Source: Cupriavidus necator
GTDB lineage: Bacteria > Pseudomonadota > Gammaproteobacteria > Burkholderiales > Burkholderiaceae
Direction of reading: 5' to 3'
NCBI RefSeq assembly: GCF_016127575.1
Contig: NZ_CP066018.1
Coordinates: forward strand, 2,760,001 to 2,792,000
Length of the DNA: 32,000 nucleotides
Numbering within the stretch: position 1 is the first letter of the stretch; every line of letters starts with the position of its first letter. This document shows, one piece after another, positions 8,832-17,428 of this stretch. The translations under genes were made by a program, and so were the position numbers. Under the pieces are notes generated by a model. It was given only the letters and a program-made list of their open reading frames with translations, did no database searches and was not told the DNA's origin.

Positions 8832-9518
8832 ATGGAAACCAACGACGCCCGCGACCGCATCTTTGCCCGCATCCGTGCTGCCCAGGGCAGGCCGACCCGG
8901 CCGAGCGCGGGCGAGCGCGAGGCCGTGGCCGACTACCTGGCGCGTCACCCGCAGGGCCCGCGCCCGGCGGTGGCCGTCGACCTGGCCGAGGCCTTCCTGG
9001 CGCAGGCCCAGCGCATGGCCTCGACCGTCGACCGCGTGGCGAGGATGGACGAGGTGCCCGCCGCCACCGTGCGCTTTCTGGACAACCTGAACCTGGTCCA
9101 CCGTGCCGTGGCGTGGGACGCGCTGGGCCCGCTGCCGTGGCAGGCCGCGGGGCTGGCGGTGGAATGCCGCCCGCCGGTGCGCGAGGTCGAGGCCGACCAC
9201 GATCATGGCGACCTGGTCGGCATCACTGGCTGCTTCTGCGCGATTGCCGAGACCGGCTCGCTGATGCTGCTGTCGGGCCCGGCCACCTTTGCCTCGGCCG
9301 CGCTGCTGCCCGAGACCCACGTGGCGGTAGTGCCGCGCTCGCGCATCGTCGCCGGCCTGGAAGACGCCTTTGCGCTGGTGCGCAGCGAGCGCGGCGAACT
9401 GCCGCGCGCCACCAATATCATCAGCGGGCCTTCGCGCACGGGCGATATCGAGCAGACCATCGTGCTCGGCGCCCATGGCCCGTACCGCGTGCATGTGATC
9501 CTGGTCGACGAGGCCTGA
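8832..9518 (+). CDS. LUD-domain protein (LutC/YkgG-like)
   Basis: 228 aa. The N-terminus DARDRIFARIR and the C-terminal SGPSRTGDIEQTIVLGAHGPYRVHVILV segment match the LutC/YkgG (LUD) family pattern. Confidence 0.78.
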   Translation: METNDARDRIFARIRAAQGRPTRPSAGEREAVADYLARHPQGPRPAVAVDLAEAFLAQAQRMASTVDRVARMDEVPAATVRFLDNLNLVHRAVAWDALGPLPWQAAGLAVECRPPVREVEADHDHGDLVGITGCFCAIAETGSLMLLSGPATFASAALLPETHVAVVPRSRIVAGLEDAFALVRSERGELPRATNIISGPSRTGDIEQTIVLGAHGPYRVHVILVDEA

Positions 9519-9675
9519 ACCCGCGGCTTTTGCCGCACGGAATGCGATGCACCACCCATGCCGGAAGCCCCGGGGCAAGAGGTGCTTGAATTACACTTGC
9601 AGGCTTGCCTGCGTGCCGCGGCTTCGTGCCGGCGGTGCGCCAATGAATGCTGCATTCCCGAGGAGATCCTGCCTG

Positions 9676-11100
9676 ATGCGACGTGCCTCCGTGCTGTTGC
9701 CGCTGCTGGCCGTGCTGGCCGCATTTCCCGCCGCCGGCCATGCCGCGGACCTTGACGGGGCGTCGCTGTCCCCGCTGTGGGGGCTGCCGTTCGCCGGCAT
9801 CCTGCTGTCGATCGCGGTGTGGCCGCTGGTTGCGCCCAAGTTCTGGCACCACCACTACGGCAAGATCGCCGCGGGCTGGGGGCTGCTGTTCCTGCTGCCG
9901 TTCGCGGCAGCGTTCGGCACGCATGCGGCCGCGGCCAGCGCGGGGCACGCGCTGCTGGCCGAGTACATCCCGTTCATCGTTCTGATCGCCTCGCTGTATA
10001 TCGTGGCCGGCGGCATCTGCGTGCGCGGCAACCTGCACGGCACGCCCGGGCTCAATACCGGCATCCTGGCGCTGGGCACGCTGCTGGCCAGCTTCATGGG
10101 CACCACCGGCGCGGCCATGCTGCTGATCCGGCCGCTGCTGCGCGCCAATGACAACCGCCGCCACGTGGCGCACGTGGTGGTGTTCTTTATCTTCCTGGTG
10201 GCCAATGCCGGTGGCTCGCTGACGCCGCTGGGCGATCCGCCGCTGTTCCTGGGCTTCCTGAAAGGCGTGGACTTCTTCTGGACCATGCGCAACATCTTCC
10301 CGGAGACGGTCTTTATCTGCGTGGTGCTGCTGGTGCTGTTCTACCTGGTCGACCGTCACTACTACCAGAACAAGGAAGAGGAGCTGCCACCGCGCAGCGA
10401 CCCCACGCCGGACTCGGGCGGCATCGCCATCGAGGGCAAGTTCAACTTCGTGCTGCTGCTGGCCGTGATCGGCCTGGTGCTGATGAGCGGGCTGTGGCAG
10501 CCGGGCATCGCATTCGACGTCCTGGGCACCGAGGTGCCGCTGCAGGCCGCGGTGCGCGATGCGCTGCTGGTGGTGGTGGCGGTGGTGTCGCTGCTGGTGA
10601 CGCCGCAGGCGGCGCGTGCCGGCAATGAATTCAACTGGGAGCCGATCCTGGAAGTCGGCAAGCTCTTTGCCGGCATCTTCCTCACCATCATCCCGGTCAT
10701 TGCCATGCTCAAGGCCGGCACCGACGGCGCTTTCTCCGGGGTGATCCGCGCGGTCAGCGACAGCAACGGCCAGCCGGTCGACGGCATGTACTTCTGGGCC
10801 ACCGGCCTGCTGTCCTCGTTCCTGGACAACGCGCCGACCTACCTGGTGTTCTTCAACACCGCCGGTGGCGACGCGGCCACGCTGATGACGCGCGATGCCT
10901 CGACGCTGGCCGCGATCTCGGCCGGGGCCGTGTTCATGGGCGCCAATACCTATATCGGCAATGCCCCCAACCTGATGGTCAAGGCCATTGCCGAGAACCG
11001 CGGCGTGCGCATGCCGAGCTTCTTCGGCTACATGCTGTACTCGGGCACCTTCCTGGTGCCGCTGTTTGTCATCATGACCTTCCTCTTCTTCCACGTTTGA
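9676..11100 (+). CDS. ArsB/NhaD-superfamily (citrate-transporter-like) integral membrane permease, often annotated sodium:proton antiporter
   Basis: ATG 9676 lies 10 nt after AGGAG (9661-9665); the ORF-track start at 9547 is Arg/Cys-rich and improbable. Has more than 10 predicted hydrophobic helices. The N-terminus resembles a signal peptide (MRRASVLLPLLAVLAAFPAAGHAA). Contains a GDPPLFLGFL motif. Confidence 0.8.
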   Translation: MRRASVLLPLLAVLAAFPAAGHAADLDGASLSPLWGLPFAGILLSIAVWPLVAPKFWHHHYGKIAAGWGLLFLLPFAAAFGTHAAAASAGHALLAEYIPFIVLIASLYIVAGGICVRGNLHGTPGLNTGILALGTLLASFMGTTGAAMLLIRPLLRANDNRRHVAHVVVFFIFLVANAGGSLTPLGDPPLFLGFLKGVDFFWTMRNIFPETVFICVVLLVLFYLVDRHYYQNKEEELPPRSDPTPDSGGIAIEGKFNFVLLLAVIGLVLMSGLWQPGIAFDVLGTEVPLQAAVRDALLVVVAVVSLLVTPQAARAGNEFNWEPILEVGKLFAGIFLTIIPVIAMLKAGTDGAFSGVIRAVSDSNGQPVDGMYFWATGLLSSFLDNAPTYLVFFNTAGGDAATLMTRDASTLAAISAGAVFMGANTYIGNAPNLMVKAIAENRGVRMPSFFGYMLYSGTFLVPLFVIMTFLFFHV

Positions 11101-11104
11101 TGCC

Positions 11105-12100
11105 ATGAAGCCGTCTGTTCTTGTCACCCGCGCCATCTATCCCGAAGTCATCGCGCACCTGGCGCAGTACTTCGATGTCGACGACAACCAGCAGGACGCG
11201 GTGCTGGATGCCGCCGCACTGAAGGCGCGCCTGGCGGGCAAGGCCGGCGTGCTGGCCAACGCCGCCGACCGCATCGACGGCGACGTGGTCGCCGGGCTGC
11301 CGGCGCTGCGCGCGGTGTGCAACATGGCGGTCGGCTACAACAACCTGGACGTGCCGGCGCTGACGGCCGCCGGCATCGTCGCCACCAATACGCCGGACGT
11401 GCTGACCGAGACCACCGCCGACTTCGGCTGGGCCCTGCTGATGGCCACCGCGCGCCGCGTGACCGAGGCCGAGCACTACCTGCGTGCCGGCAAGTGGCAG
11501 CGCTGGAGCTATGACATGCTGGTAGGCATGGACCTGTACGGCAGCACGCTCGGCATCCTCGGCATGGGCCGCATCGGGCAGGCGCTGGCGCGCCGCGCGA
11601 GCGGGTTTGGCATGAGCGTGCTGTACCACAACCGCAGCCAGCTGCCGGCGGACACCGAGCGCGCGCTGAGCGCGCGCTATGTCAGCAAGGAAGACCTGCT
11701 GCGCCAGTCCGACCACCTGCTGCTGGTGCTGCCCTATGGCCCGCAGAGCCACCACGCCATCGGCGCGGCCGAGCTGGCGCTGATGAAGCCGACCGCGACG
11801 CTGGTGAACCTGGCGCGCGGCGGCATCGTCGACGATGCCGCGCTGGCGCAGGCGCTGCGCGACAAGCGCATCTTCGGCGCCGGCCTGGATGTGTTCGAGG
11901 GCGAGCCCAGCGTCAATCCGGACCTGCTGACGGTGCCCAACGTCGTGCTCACGCCGCATATCGCCAGCGCCTCCGAGAAGACCCGCCGTGCGATGGCGAT
12001 GCTGGCCGCCGACAACCTGATCGCCGCGCTCGACCAGGGCCCGCAGGCCGGCCATCCACCCACCGTGATCAACCCCGACGTCATGTCGCGGCGCCGCTAA
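11105..12100 (+). CDS. D-isomer-specific 2-hydroxyacid dehydrogenase (GhrB-like glyoxylate/hydroxypyruvate reductase)
   Basis: 331 aa. Has an NAD fold GILGMGRIGQALARRA and catalytic-region motifs LVNLARGGIVD, DVFEGEP and TPHIASAS. The start lies 4 nt after the permease stop. Confidence 0.9.
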   Translation: MKPSVLVTRAIYPEVIAHLAQYFDVDDNQQDAVLDAAALKARLAGKAGVLANAADRIDGDVVAGLPALRAVCNMAVGYNNLDVPALTAAGIVATNTPDVLTETTADFGWALLMATARRVTEAEHYLRAGKWQRWSYDMLVGMDLYGSTLGILGMGRIGQALARRASGFGMSVLYHNRSQLPADTERALSARYVSKEDLLRQSDHLLLVLPYGPQSHHAIGAAELALMKPTATLVNLARGGIVDDAALAQALRDKRIFGAGLDVFEGEPSVNPDLLTVPNVVLTPHIASASEKTRRAMAMLAADNLIAALDQGPQAGHPPTVINPDVMSRRR

Positions 12101-12127
12101 GCCTGCCATTTACCTGTTTCCTGCTGC

Positions 12128-13615
12128 ATGACCCTGATTCCGTTCCTGACGCTGGCCGTGGCGCTGCTCGCGGTCGTCCTGCTGGTCATCGTCCTGCTGC
12201 GCCAGCAGGCTGCCTCGCCGGGGGCCGAGCTTGGCCGGCAACTGGCCGACATGCGCGCGGAAAGCGCGCGCGGCATGGAGCGGCTGGAGCGGGAGTTGCG
12301 CACCGACGTGGCCGACGCCGCGCGCGGCAGCCGCGACGAGTCGGCCCAGCAGATGCTGCGCTTCCAGCAGGCGCTGTCGTCGCAGCTGACGGGCATCGCC
12401 ACGCTGCAGAACAACCAGATCGACACCTTCGCGCAGCAACTGGCCAAGCTGACCGAGACCAACACCCGGCAGCTCGAGCAGGTGCGCCAGCACCTGATGC
12501 TGCAGGGCCAGCAGGCGCGCGACGAGCAGGCCGGCACGCTGCGCCGCTTCGGCGACGGGCTGCAGCAGCAGCTGGCGCAGATGTCCGAAGCCAACGAGCG
12601 GCGCCTGGCCGAAGTGCGCGCCACGCTGGAGAAGAAGCTGCAGGACATCGAGGCCAACAACGCCGCCAAGCTGGAGGAAATGCGCCGCACTGTCGACGAG
12701 AAGCTGCATGCCACGCTGGAGCAGCGCCTGGGCGAGTCCTTCCGGCTGGTGTCGGAGCGGCTCGAGCAGGTGCACCGCGGGCTGGGCGAGATGCAGGTGC
12801 TGGCGCAGGGCGTGGGCGACCTGAAAAAGGTGCTGACCAATGTGAAGTCGCGCGGCACCTGGGGCGAAGTCCAGCTGGAAATGCTGCTGGAGCAGATGCT
12901 GACGCCGGAGCAGTACGGCAAGAATGTCGAGACCGTGCGCAACTCGGGCGCGCGGGTGGAGTTCGCGATCCGGCTGCCGGGCAAGGCCGCGGGTGGCGAC
13001 AATGCGCCGGTCTGGCTGCCGGTCGACGCCAAGTTTCCCAAGGAACAGTACGAGCGCCTGGTGGACGCGCAGGAGCGGGGCGACCCGGATGGCGTGCTCG
13101 CTTTTGGCCGCGAACTGGAAGTGGCGCTGCGGCGCGAGGCCCAGACCATCGCCGAGAAATACCTGTCGCCGCCCCAGACCACGGATTTCGCCATCCTGTT
13201 CCTGCCGACCGAGGGGTTGTACGCCGAGGTGCTGCGGCGCCCGGGCCTGACCGACCTGATGCAGCGCGACTACCGTGTGACCGTGGCCGGGCCGACCACG
13301 CTGACCGCGTTGCTGAACAGCCTGCAGATGGGTTTCCGCACGCTGGCGCTGGAAAAGCGCTCAAGCGAGGTGTGGGAGGTGCTGGGCGCGGTCAAGACCG
13401 AGTTCGGCAAGTTCGGCGACGTGCTGGCCAAGACCCGCGATACGCTGGAGCGCGCCGCGCGCAATATCGAGCAGGCCGAAGTGCGCACGCGCCAGATGGC
13501 GCGCAAGCTGCGCACGGTGGAAGCGCTGCCGGGCGAGGCCGCGCAGCAGGTGCTTGGCCTCAATGCGGCAGCAGCGGCGGACGCGCCGGAGGCCGCCGAA
13601 GACAACGGCGGCTGA
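12128..13615 (+). CDS. rmuC: DNA recombination protein RmuC
   Basis: 495 aa. Architecture is an N-terminal TM helix, a long Q/E/L/R-rich coiled-coil, then a C-terminal nuclease-like domain (TWGEVQLE..., FAILFLPTEGLY, VAGPTTLTALL), typical of RmuC. Confidence 0.9.
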   Translation: MTLIPFLTLAVALLAVVLLVIVLLRQQAASPGAELGRQLADMRAESARGMERLERELRTDVADAARGSRDESAQQMLRFQQALSSQLTGIATLQNNQIDTFAQQLAKLTETNTRQLEQVRQHLMLQGQQARDEQAGTLRRFGDGLQQQLAQMSEANERRLAEVRATLEKKLQDIEANNAAKLEEMRRTVDEKLHATLEQRLGESFRLVSERLEQVHRGLGEMQVLAQGVGDLKKVLTNVKSRGTWGEVQLEMLLEQMLTPEQYGKNVETVRNSGARVEFAIRLPGKAAGGDNAPVWLPVDAKFPKEQYERLVDAQERGDPDGVLAFGRELEVALRREAQTIAEKYLSPPQTTDFAILFLPTEGLYAEVLRRPGLTDLMQRDYRVTVAGPTTLTALLNSLQMGFRTLALEKRSSEVWEVLGAVKTEFGKFGDVLAKTRDTLERAARNIEQAEVRTRQMARKLRTVEALPGEAAQQVLGLNAAAAADAPEAAEDNGG

Positions 13616-13638
13616 ACGCGCGGCAGGGAAGGGTCAGG

Positions 13639-13659
13639 GCAAGCCCCCGCGGGGCTTGC
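13639..13659. terminator. GC-rich hairpin between convergent rmuC and a small membrane-protein gene
   Basis: GCAAGCCCC-CGC-GGGGCTTGC is a perfect 9-bp stem. There is no clear U-tract on either side, so terminator function is tentative. Confidence 0.4.
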
Positions 13660-13692
13660 GGATTGCTGCCGGCCTGGGCGCCGGCGCGCTGC

Positions 13693-13974
13693 TCAGCGCT
13701 CGTCTTCGGGCGCCAGTTCGCGCACGTGGACTTCAATGCCGCCGAAGCGGGCGGCCACCCAGTTGTAGGCCTTGCAGGCCAGCCACAGCAGGCCAAAGCC
13801 GATCAGCGCATTCAGGATGATTGCGCTGAAGACCGTGATGGCGGGCAGGTCACCGTAGCGGACGAAGGTGACAAACAGGCCCAGCGACACGATCGGCAGC
13901 GAGAAGCACAAGTAGACCAGCACCAGCGCGCGGGCGGTCTTGACGGGGTGGAGGTAGGCGATCTCCTGATTCAT
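13693..13974 (-). CDS. small hypothetical membrane protein (two predicted TM helices)
   Basis: From ATG 13974: MNQEIAYLHPVKTARALVLVYLCFSLPIVSLGLFVTFV...AITVFSAIILNALIGFGLLWLACKAY (93 aa). The frame has good GC3. The longer ORF-track N-terminus (to 14118) is Arg/Pro-rich and unlikely. I recognise no family. Confidence 0.5.
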   Translation of the reverse strand: MNQEIAYLHPVKTARALVLVYLCFSLPIVSLGLFVTFVRYGDLPAITVFSAIILNALIGFGLLWLACKAYNWVAARFGGIEVHVRELAPEDER

Positions 13975-14167
13975 GACGGGGGATACTCGAATGGTTCTGA
14001 ATCGTGCGCCAAGTGTAGCGATTGGCCGATGCCAAGCATAGCCCGCCGGCGGCGGGGGCAGGCGAAAGCCCCGTGCCGGCTGTGCTATGGCCGCAAATGT
14101 GCGGCACAAAAACGACACATTGCTCCGGCGTGTGGCAAGCGCTTGCGTGTAGCGCCTGCCGGTCCGG

Positions 14168-15457
14168 CTAGACCAGTCCGTCGAACAGCATCACCTCGAC
14201 CGCATCGCCGGCCTTGACCGAGTCCTGTTCATGACCGAGCACGATAAAGCAGTTGGCCTCGCTCATCGAGCGCAGCACGCCCGAGCCCTGCTGGCCGGTG
14301 ATGCGCACTTCCCACTGGCCGTCGCCGGCGCGCGCCAGGATGCCGCGCTGGTACTCGGTGCGGCCGGGCTTCTTGCGGATGGCTTGCGCGCTGCGCACGC
14401 GCAGCAGCGGCAGCGGTGCCACGCTGGCGCCCATCAGCCGCTGCAGCGCGGCGCGCACGAAGTGGTAGAAGGTGACCATCACCGCCACCGGGTTGCCCGG
14501 CAGGCCGAACAGGAGCGCGTCGCGGCCGTTGGAATTGATGCGGCCGAAGGCCATCGGCCGGCCCGGGCGCATCGCGATCTTCCAGAACGTGACATCGCCC
14601 AGGCGCGCCATGATCTGCTTGGTGTAGTCGGCCTCGCCGACCGAGACGCCGCCGGAGGTGATGACCGCGTCGGCGGTCTCGCAGGCGGTGCGGAAGGCGG
14701 CTTCGAGCGCCTCGGGGTCGTCGCGCACCACGCCCATGTCGAGCAGGTCGACGTTCATCCGGCGCAGCATGCCGTACAGCGTGTAGCGGTTGGAGTCGTA
14801 GACGCAGCCGGGATCGAGCGGCTCGCCGATCGAGCGCAGCTCGTCTCCGGTGGAGAAGAACGCCACGCGCAGGCGCCGGCGCACGCGCACCTCGGCCACG
14901 CCCAGCGAAGCCAGCAGGCCCAGGTCGGCCGGCTGGAGGATGCGTCCGGCCTGCAGCGCGGCCTGGCCGCGCGCCAGATCTTCGCCGCGCAGGCGCCGGT
15001 TGTCGCCGGTGCGCACGCAGTCGGCGGCAAAGCGGATGCGCGCGCCGTCGTCCACGGCTTCCACGAACTCCTGCGGCACCACGGTGTCGCAGCCGGCCGG
15101 CATCACCGCGCCGGTCATGATGCGCACCGCCTGCGCCGCCGTGGGCGCCAGCGCGCGGGCGCCGCCGGCGAAGGCGCTGCCGATGACTTCCAGCTCGACC
15201 GTGGCGGTCTGCGCGGCTGCCAGCGCGGCACCCTGGAAGGCATAGCCGTCCATCGCCGAGTTGTCATGCGCCGGCACGTCGATGGGCGAGACGATGTCCT
15301 CGGCCAGCACGCGGTCCAGGGCGCTGCGGATCGGCAACTGCTCGACGCCGCGCACCGGCTCGACTACCTCGCCGATGATGCGGTTGGCCTGGTCCACCGG
15401 CAGGGCGGTGGGGTCGTAGTCGGAAAGGCAGGAGATGACGGATTGCAGGGTGGGCAT
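14168..15457 (-). CDS. moeA: molybdopterin molybdotransferase
   Basis: 429 aa. VPAHDNSAMDGYAF, the MPTase core (FSTGDEL...YDSNRY) and GGVSVGEADY / GLPGNPVA motifs are typical of MoeA. Confidence 0.92.
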   Translation of the reverse strand: MPTLQSVISCLSDYDPTALPVDQANRIIGEVVEPVRGVEQLPIRSALDRVLAEDIVSPIDVPAHDNSAMDGYAFQGAALAAAQTATVELEVIGSAFAGGARALAPTAAQAVRIMTGAVMPAGCDTVVPQEFVEAVDDGARIRFAADCVRTGDNRRLRGEDLARGQAALQAGRILQPADLGLLASLGVAEVRVRRRLRVAFFSTGDELRSIGEPLDPGCVYDSNRYTLYGMLRRMNVDLLDMGVVRDDPEALEAAFRTACETADAVITSGGVSVGEADYTKQIMARLGDVTFWKIAMRPGRPMAFGRINSNGRDALLFGLPGNPVAVMVTFYHFVRAALQRLMGASVAPLPLLRVRSAQAIRKKPGRTEYQRGILARAGDGQWEVRITGQQGSGVLRSMSEANCFIVLGHEQDSVKAGDAVEVMLFDGLV

Positions 15458-15463
15458 GGTGGC

Positions 15464-16063
15464 TCAGCGCGTTTCGTGCGTGCGCAGTTCGTCCAGGGTG
15501 TTGATATTGGCAAAGGCCGCGGCGTCGTCGAACAGCACTTCGGCCAGGCGGTGCGAGGCGGCCCAGGTCTCGATCTTGCGGCCGCCGCCGGAAAGATAAG
15601 CCACCAGGCTGTCGAGCGCACTGACCGGCATCAGGCAGAACACAGGTTGGGTCTGGCGCCGGCCGTCTTCGTCCAGCGTGACGGGGATCGCCAGGTCCGC
15701 GCCTTCGGCCTCGATCGCCTGCGCCAGGCGCGCCACCAGGTCGGTCGGCAGGAACGGCGAATCGCAAGGGGCGGTCACCATCCACGGCGTGGCGCATTGC
15801 TCCAGGCCGGCCAGCATCCCCGCCAGCGGACCGGCGAAGTCGGGCACGGTATCGGTGTAGACCGGTACGCCGAACGACTCATAGGCGGCCAGGTTGCGGT
15901 TGGCATTGATCATCAGCCCGCCCACCTGGGGGGTAAGCCGCATCATCGTGTGCATGGCCATCGGCGTGCCGTGCAGCGGCTGCAGGCCCTTGTCGGTGCC
16001 GCCCATGCGGCTGCCCCTGCCGCCTGCGAGGATCAGGCCGGTGATGTCGTCGCGTGCAATCAT
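15464..16063 (-). CDS. mobA: molybdenum cofactor guanylyltransferase
   Basis: Start is the internal ATG at 16063: MIARDDITGLILAGGRGSRMGGTDKGL, the MobA LAGGxxxRMG signature. 199 aa. Lies 20 nt after the moaA stop and 6 nt before the moeA start. The ORF-track extension to 16276 would overlap moaA. Confidence 0.9.
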   Translation of the reverse strand: MIARDDITGLILAGGRGSRMGGTDKGLQPLHGTPMAMHTMMRLTPQVGGLMINANRNLAAYESFGVPVYTDTVPDFAGPLAGMLAGLEQCATPWMVTAPCDSPFLPTDLVARLAQAIEAEGADLAIPVTLDEDGRRQTQPVFCLMPVSALDSLVAYLSGGGRKIETWAASHRLAEVLFDDAAAFANINTLDELRTHETR

Positions 16064-16083
16064 GGATTTTGTGTGCGGCGGGG

Positions 16084-17208
16084 TCAGCCGCCGATATAGG
16101 ACATCTCGATCTTGCGCTCGGCACGCCTGGCGCGCACCGTCGGGTCGCTGCGCTGCTCGGAATAATTGTCGGTGCGGCCCTGCCACACCTGCGCAATCGC
16201 ATTGGAGATTTCCAGGTCGCTGTAGCCGCCGCGCAGCAGCGCGCGCAGGTCGAAGCCCTCGGTGGCGAACAGGCACAGGTAGAGCCGGCCTTCGGTGGAC
16301 AGCCGGATGCGGCTGCAGTCGCCGCAGAAGGCGTGGGTGACGCTGGAGATCACGCCGACCTCGCCGCTGCCGTCGCGGTAGCGCCAGCGCTCGGCGGTTT
16401 CGCCGGAGTAGTTGGCCTGCACCGGTTCGAGCGGGAATTCCGCATCGATGCGCTTCACCACCTCGGCGGACGGCAGCACTTCATCCATCTGCCAGTGGTT
16501 GCTGGCGCCCACGTCCATGAACTCGATAAAGCGCAGGATGATGCCGCTATTGCGGAAGTGGCGCGCCATCGGCACGATTTCCTGGTCATTGGTGCCGCGC
16601 TTGACCACCATGTTGACCTTGATCGGCGCCAGCCCCACGGCCTGCGCGGTCTCGATGCCGTGCAGCACGTCGGCGACGGCGAAGTCCACGTCGTTCATGC
16701 GGCGGAAGGTGGCGTCGTCGATCGCGTCCAGGCTGACGCTGACCCGCGTCAGCCCCGCGTCGCGCAGCGCGCGCGCCTTGCGCGCCAGCAGCGAGGCGTT
16801 GGTGGTGAGCGTCAGGTCCAGCGGCTTGCCCGAGACCGTCTCGATCTTCGCCAGCATCTCCACCAGGTGCTCGATATTCTTGCGCAGCAGCGGCTCGCCG
16901 CCGGTCAGGCGGATTTTCTCGACGCCGTGGGCGACGAACAGGCGCGCGGTGCGCTCGATCTCCTCGAAGCTCAGCAGCTCGGAGTGCGGCAGGAAGGTGT
17001 AGTCCTTGTCGAAGACTTCCTTCGGCATGCAGTAGACGCAGCGGAAGTTGCAGCGGTCCGTCACCGAGATGCGCAGGTCATGCAGCGGCCGGCCGCGGGT
17101 GTCGGCCACCAGGCCGGTGGGGGCAGCCAGCTTGCCGGGAATGCTGGGCGTCATCGAGCGGTAGCGATGGTCGCGCAGGTCGAAAATCGGAATGACGGAT
17201 TCGGTCAT
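16084..17208 (-). CDS. moaA: GTP 3',8-cyclase (radical SAM)
   Basis: 374 aa. Has the radical-SAM CNFRCVYC cluster motif, a C-terminal [20 protein letters not shown] second-cluster region, and ends in GG. Confidence 0.93.
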   Translation of the reverse strand: MTESVIPIFDLRDHRYRSMTPSIPGKLAAPTGLVADTRGRPLHDLRISVTDRCNFRCVYCMPKEVFDKDYTFLPHSELLSFEEIERTARLFVAHGVEKIRLTGGEPLLRKNIEHLVEMLAKIETVSGKPLDLTLTTNASLLARKARALRDAGLTRVSVSLDAIDDATFRRMNDVDFAVADVLHGIETAQAVGLAPIKVNMVVKRGTNDQEIVPMARHFRNSGIILRFIEFMDVGASNHWQMDEVLPSAEVVKRIDAEFPLEPVQANYSGETAERWRYRDGSGEVGVISSVTHAFCGDCSRIRLSTEGRLYLCLFATEGFDLRALLRGGYSDLEISNAIAQVWQGRTDNYSEQRSDPTVRARRAERKIEMSYIGG

Positions 17209-17369
17209 GGCCTGTGGGTGGGCACGGCGTCCGGGGAGCGGCCTGGCGGCGTGGCCAAATCAGGGGCGCTCGAGGGCCGGATGCCTTCTGCTGCCATTCT
17301 AGCCGAGGCGGGGGTGGGGCACCCGCATCCCCCGGAGATGGCGGGGATTCATCCGGCCGGCTGCCCATG

Positions 17370-17396
17370 AAAAAAGGAGACGGCGTGGCCGTCCCC
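17370..17396 (-). terminator. rho-independent terminator of rne
   Basis: The minus-strand RNA reads GGGGACGGC-CAC-GCCGUCUCC, a 9-bp stem with one G-U pair, followed by U6. It lies 33 nt downstream of the rne stop. Confidence 0.8.
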
Positions 17397-17428
17397 TTCT
17401 TGCTTTGGCTGCGGTGCAGCGGCAACGC

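Noticed and set aside
14231-16099. 622-aa plus-strand ORF opposite moeA/mobA
   Set aside because: It is an in-register antisense shadow. The moeA and mobA motifs are on the minus strand.
16064-16276. N-terminal extensions offered by the ORF track: mobA to 16276, maf to 26357, yceD from 26044, plsX from 27276, fabH from 28303, ACAD from 1345, IclR from 3795, rluC from 21180, permease from 9547
   Set aside because: In each case an internal ATG preceded by a Shine-Dalgarno-like sequence gives the canonical family N-terminus. The extension would overlap the neighbouring gene or promoter and is Arg/Pro-rich.
17209-17369. Moco riboswitch upstream of moaA
   Set aside because: I could not find the conserved Moco-motif junction sequences on the minus strand, and the available space after the rne terminator seems short. 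It is kept only as something to test with a covariance model (see findings).
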